Shown here piece by piece: positions 60,887 to 64,000 of a DNA stretch of 64,000 bases. The stretch lies in contig JAWLHJ010000003.1 in NCBI GenBank assembly GCA_041690395.1, positions 224,001-288,000 of the forward strand, written 5' to 3'. A program made the position numbers and the translations under genes. This DNA comes from Longimicrobiales bacterium (GTDB lineage: Bacteria > Gemmatimonadota > Gemmatimonadetes > Longimicrobiales > Gaopeijiaceae). The stretch's first letter is position 1. Every line of letters begins with the position of its first letter. The notes under the pieces were generated by a model. The model was not told where the DNA came from and made no database searches. It was given only the letters and a program-made list of their open reading frames with translations.

Positions 60887-62641
60887 ATGTCACAGACCCC
60901 TTCGGCCACGGCGAGCCAGGCCTTCTCGGCCCTCGGCCTGGGCCCCGATCTCGTGGAAGCCCTCGCGTCCCTCGGATACGAGGAGCCGACACCGATCCAG
61001 GCGTCGGCCATCCCCCATGTCCTCGAAGGCAAGGACCTCCTCGGACTGGCGGCGACCGGTACCGGGAAGACGGCGGCGTTCGCGCTTCCCCTCCTGCAGC
61101 TCCTCCCGCCGAGAGGGCGCACCCCTTCGGCCCTGGTGCTCGTGCCGACCCGTGAGCTCGCGGTTCAGGTGGCGCAGGCGATCCACCGCTACGGAAAGGC
61201 GATGGGCGTCGAGGTGCTCCCCATCTACGGCGGCCAGTCGTTCCAGCAGCAGCTGAAGGTGCTGAAGCGCGGTGTGGACGTGGTCGTGGCCACGCCGGGC
61301 CGGGCGCTCGATCACGTGCGGCGTGGCACGCTACGCCTCGGCGCGGTCGAGATGCTCGTCCTCGACGAGGCCGACGAGATGCTCGACATGGGGTTCGCCG
61401 AAGATCTCGACGAGATCCTCGCGGCCACGCCGGAGGGGCGTCAGACCCTGCTCTTCTCGGCGACCCTCGGACCCCGCATCGCGGCGGTCGCGGCCAAGCA
61501 TCTACAAGATCCCATCGAGGTGCGCATCGCGCCGGACACGGCGGATGCCGGCGACGTACCCCTGGTCCGGCAGACGGCCTACCTCGTGCGCCGGCCCCAC
61601 AAGCTCGCCGCGCTGGGCCGTGTGCTCGATCTCGAGAGCCCCGAGGCCGCGCTCGTGTTCTGCCGCACGCGCAACGACGTCGACGAGCTCGTGGAAGCGC
61701 TGAACGGCCGCGGATACCGTGCCGAGGCGATGCACGGTGGCATGTCGCAGGAGGAGCGGGACCGGGTGATGAAGAAGCTGCGCGGCGGCGCGGTGGACCT
61801 CCTGGTCGCGACCGACGTCGCGGCCCGCGGGCTCGACATCGCGCACCTGACCCATGTCGTGAACTACGACGTGCCGTCGGCGCCCACGGGGTACGTTCAC
61901 CGCATCGGCCGGGTGGGCCGGGCCGGACGGGAGGGGGTGGCCATCACGCTCGCCGACCCGCGAGAGCACGGGCAGCTCCGCAACATCGAGCGGCTCACCA
62001 AGCAGAAGATCTCCGTGGAGTCGCTGCCGACGGTGGCCGACCTGCGAGCCCGTCGCCTCGAGCTGACGCGGGCCTCGTTGCGCGAAGCCATCCTCGAAGA
62101 GGACCTGCACCGGTTCCGGGGCGTCGTGGAAGCCCTCTCGGACGAGTTCGACCTCGTGGACATCGCCCTCGGCGCGGTGAAGATGGCGCACGAGGCCACC
62201 TCGACCGGACCGGAAGACGACGAGGAGGATATTCCGTCCGCCCACCCTACCCCGGACCGTGGTGCCGGCAAGGGCCGGGCGAGCGGCAAGGGTGGCCCCA
62301 AGGCGAAGGGCAAAGGGAAGGCCGCGGGCCAGTCGAAAGCCGCGGGCCGAGGCAAGGCCGCGTCGGGTCCCGGCACCGAGGGCCGGCCCCACCGACACGT
62401 GGACGGCACCACGCTCTTCATCGGCGCGGGTCGGGCGGACGGAGTCCGGCCGAAGGACCTGGTCGGAGCCATAACCGGCGAGGCCGGCGTATCCGGACGC
62501 CAGATCGGGTCGATCCAGATCGGGGACAAGTTCAGCCTGGTGGAAGTGGCCGACGACGTTGCCGACGAGATCCTGCGGGCGCTGCAAACCGCCTTCATCA
62601 AGGGCAAGAAGGTCAAGGTCCGCCGCGAGGAAAGACGATAG
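60887..62641 (+). CDS. deaD: DEAD-box RNA helicase with a C-terminal DbpA RNA-binding domain
   Basis: Q motif, ATGTGKT, PTRELA, DEAD, SAT and HRIGRVGR; C-terminal GRADGVRPKDLVGAI. Confidence 0.9.
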   Translation: MSQTPSATASQAFSALGLGPDLVEALASLGYEEPTPIQASAIPHVLEGKDLLGLAATGTGKTAAFALPLLQLLPPRGRTPSALVLVPTRELAVQVAQAIHRYGKAMGVEVLPIYGGQSFQQQLKVLKRGVDVVVATPGRALDHVRRGTLRLGAVEMLVLDEADEMLDMGFAEDLDEILAATPEGRQTLLFSATLGPRIAAVAAKHLQDPIEVRIAPDTADAGDVPLVRQTAYLVRRPHKLAALGRVLDLESPEAALVFCRTRNDVDELVEALNGRGYRAEAMHGGMSQEERDRVMKKLRGGAVDLLVATDVAARGLDIAHLTHVVNYDVPSAPTGYVHRIGRVGRAGREGVAITLADPREHGQLRNIERLTKQKISVESLPTVADLRARRLELTRASLREAILEEDLHRFRGVVEALSDEFDLVDIALGAVKMAHEATSTGPEDDEEDIPSAHPTPDRGAGKGRASGKGGPKAKGKGKAAGQSKAAGRGKAASGPGTEGRPHRHVDGTTLFIGAGRADGVRPKDLVGAITGEAGVSGRQIGSIQIGDKFSLVEVADDVADEILRALQTAFIKGKKVKVRREERR

Positions 62642-62808
62642 GACCACCCCGCCTGCGTCCCCTCTGCGTAGTCCGCCCATCCGGCTACGTGGCCCCGCGA
62701 CCCCCGCTACGACGTCATACGTAGCACGCGCCTCCACCCCGTGAAGCATCGTGAGCACGAGCCGAACGATGCTCCTACGATCCGGGGTTGTTCCCAAGGA
62801 GGCTTCCC

Positions 62809-64000
62809 ATGTCAGCCAGCTTTTCGACCATCCGTCGGCGCCTGCTCGCGCCGGCCGCCGTCTGCCTCGCGGTCTCGGCGGCCCTCTGGCCGCGCGCGGT
62901 GGCCGGCCAGGCATCGAGCGTGACCGGGCTCGTGAGCGGTCGCGTCACGGACGAGACGGGCGCACCCGCGGCGCACCTCGAGGTGACCGCCTGGAGTGGT
63001 GGCCGCGCCGTCGCCCGCACGGCATCGAACGGTCAGGGGCGGTACTCGCTCACGGTCCCCGCCGGAGAGATCCGGGTCTCGATCGACGGACAGATGGGCT
63101 GGACCTCCGTCGAGAGCGACGCTCTCCAAGTGGGCAACGGAGACACGGTCGTGGTCGACCTGACCGTCGCTCGGAGGATCTACGACACGGAAGCCATCGT
63201 GGTCACGGCCTCGGGTCCCGGCGGACAGCCAACCCTGGACGGCGTTCCGGGGATGGTCGGGATCGTCGACGCCCAGGAGATGCGCCGGCGGCCTACGGTC
63301 AATCCGGTCGACCAGATCCAGGGCCAGCCCGGCGTCGACATCGCGCCGACTGGGGTCGGAGGCCGCATCTTCGCCTTCCGTGGCAACAACAACATCTTCA
63401 CGGGCGCCGTGCGTTACCTCGTCGACTACCGGCCGGCGAGCCTCCCGTCGCTGCGAGCGAACTTCACCCACTTCGTTCCGACGGCCTCGGCGGATATGGA
63501 GCGCATGGAGCTCATCCTCGGCCCCTCGTCCGCGCTCTACGGACCCAACGCGGCCAACGGGGTCCTGAATACGCTCACGCGCTCGCCACTCGACCTCCCG
63601 GAGACCTCGGTCTCCGTCTCCGGGGGTACGCAGTCGGTCTTCGAGTCCGAAGCGCGTACCTCACAACGCCTCGGCGAGCGCTTCGGCTTCAAGCTGTCGG
63701 GACGGTGGTTCCAGGCACGGGAGTTCCCCTACCTGGATCCGGTCGAAGACGATGTCCGGTCGTTGATCGACGACCAGCCCGAGACGTTCCGCGCACAGCT
63801 GAGAGACATAGGGGTACCCGACGCCGACATCGCCACGCGTGAGACCCGGGCCGGCATCCGCAACCGCGACGTCGAGCGATGGAGTGTCGACGCGCGGGCC
63901 GACTGGACGCCGAGCCAGGGCGACACGCTGTTCTTCCAGGCGGGGCGGACGTCCACGACCGGTATCGAGCTGACTCCTTTGGGCGCGGCCCAGGCCGGGG
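62809..64000 (+). CDS. TonB-dependent receptor (partial, runs off the window)
   Basis: Absent from the ORF track because it has no stop. ATG after SD AAGGAGG gives MSASFSTIRRRLL.., then VSGRVTDETGAP and the plug motif ERMELILGPSSALYGPNAANGVLN. Confidence 0.88.
   Translation, partial: MSASFSTIRRRLLAPAAVCLAVSAALWPRAVAGQASSVTGLVSGRVTDETGAPAAHLEVTAWSGGRAVARTASNGQGRYSLTVPAGEIRVSIDGQMGWTSVESDALQVGNGDTVVVDLTVARRIYDTEAIVVTASGPGGQPTLDGVPGMVGIVDAQEMRRRPTVNPVDQIQGQPGVDIAPTGVGGRIFAFRGNNNIFTGAVRYLVDYRPASLPSLRANFTHFVPTASADMERMELILGPSSALYGPNAANGVLNTLTRSPLDLPETSVSVSGGTQSVFESEARTSQRLGERFGFKLSGRWFQAREFPYLDPVEDDVRSLIDDQPETFRAQLRDIGVPDADIATRETRAGIRNRDVERWSVDARADWTPSQGDTLFFQAGRTSTTGIELTPLGAAQAG

Noticed and set aside
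62642..62808. Cobalamin or TPP riboswitch upstream of the TonB-dependent receptor
   Set aside because: Only short hairpins; no B12 box or TPP core motif.

Overview
GC-rich bacterial chromosome segment. The 16S/23S sequence and gene content (orphan duplicated permeases with PadR, a GWxTD-like protein, many lipoproteins) suggest Gemmatimonadota; this is my inference and was not database-checked. The left end holds a minus-strand rRNA operon (16S, a tRNA-less spacer, and 23S cut off at the window edge), tRNA-His, pilT and tRNA-Arg. The middle holds envelope genes, a stand-alone infC with an ATC start, and a tightly coupled four-gene operon (YbjN/CesT-like chaperone, ClpN-like domain fused to a CbbX/SpoVK AAA+ ATPase, a 957-aa STAND-like NTPase, and a membrane protein), which is the best candidate for an undescribed system. 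Beside tRNA-Pro lie a nuclease-helicase (DUF2075-like) with a MazG-like partner and an ATP-grasp/SET fusion. Further right are four CPBP intramembrane proteases around a roughly 1150-aa ORF that joins two serine hydrolases, three membrane helices, an internal signal peptide and a beta-barrel (a possible polyprotein). The right end holds an alkaline phosphatase, metA-metZ, a DEAD-box helicase and a partial TonB-dependent receptor. I saw no CRISPR array, integrase or transposase. All family assignments come from motif recognition by eye.
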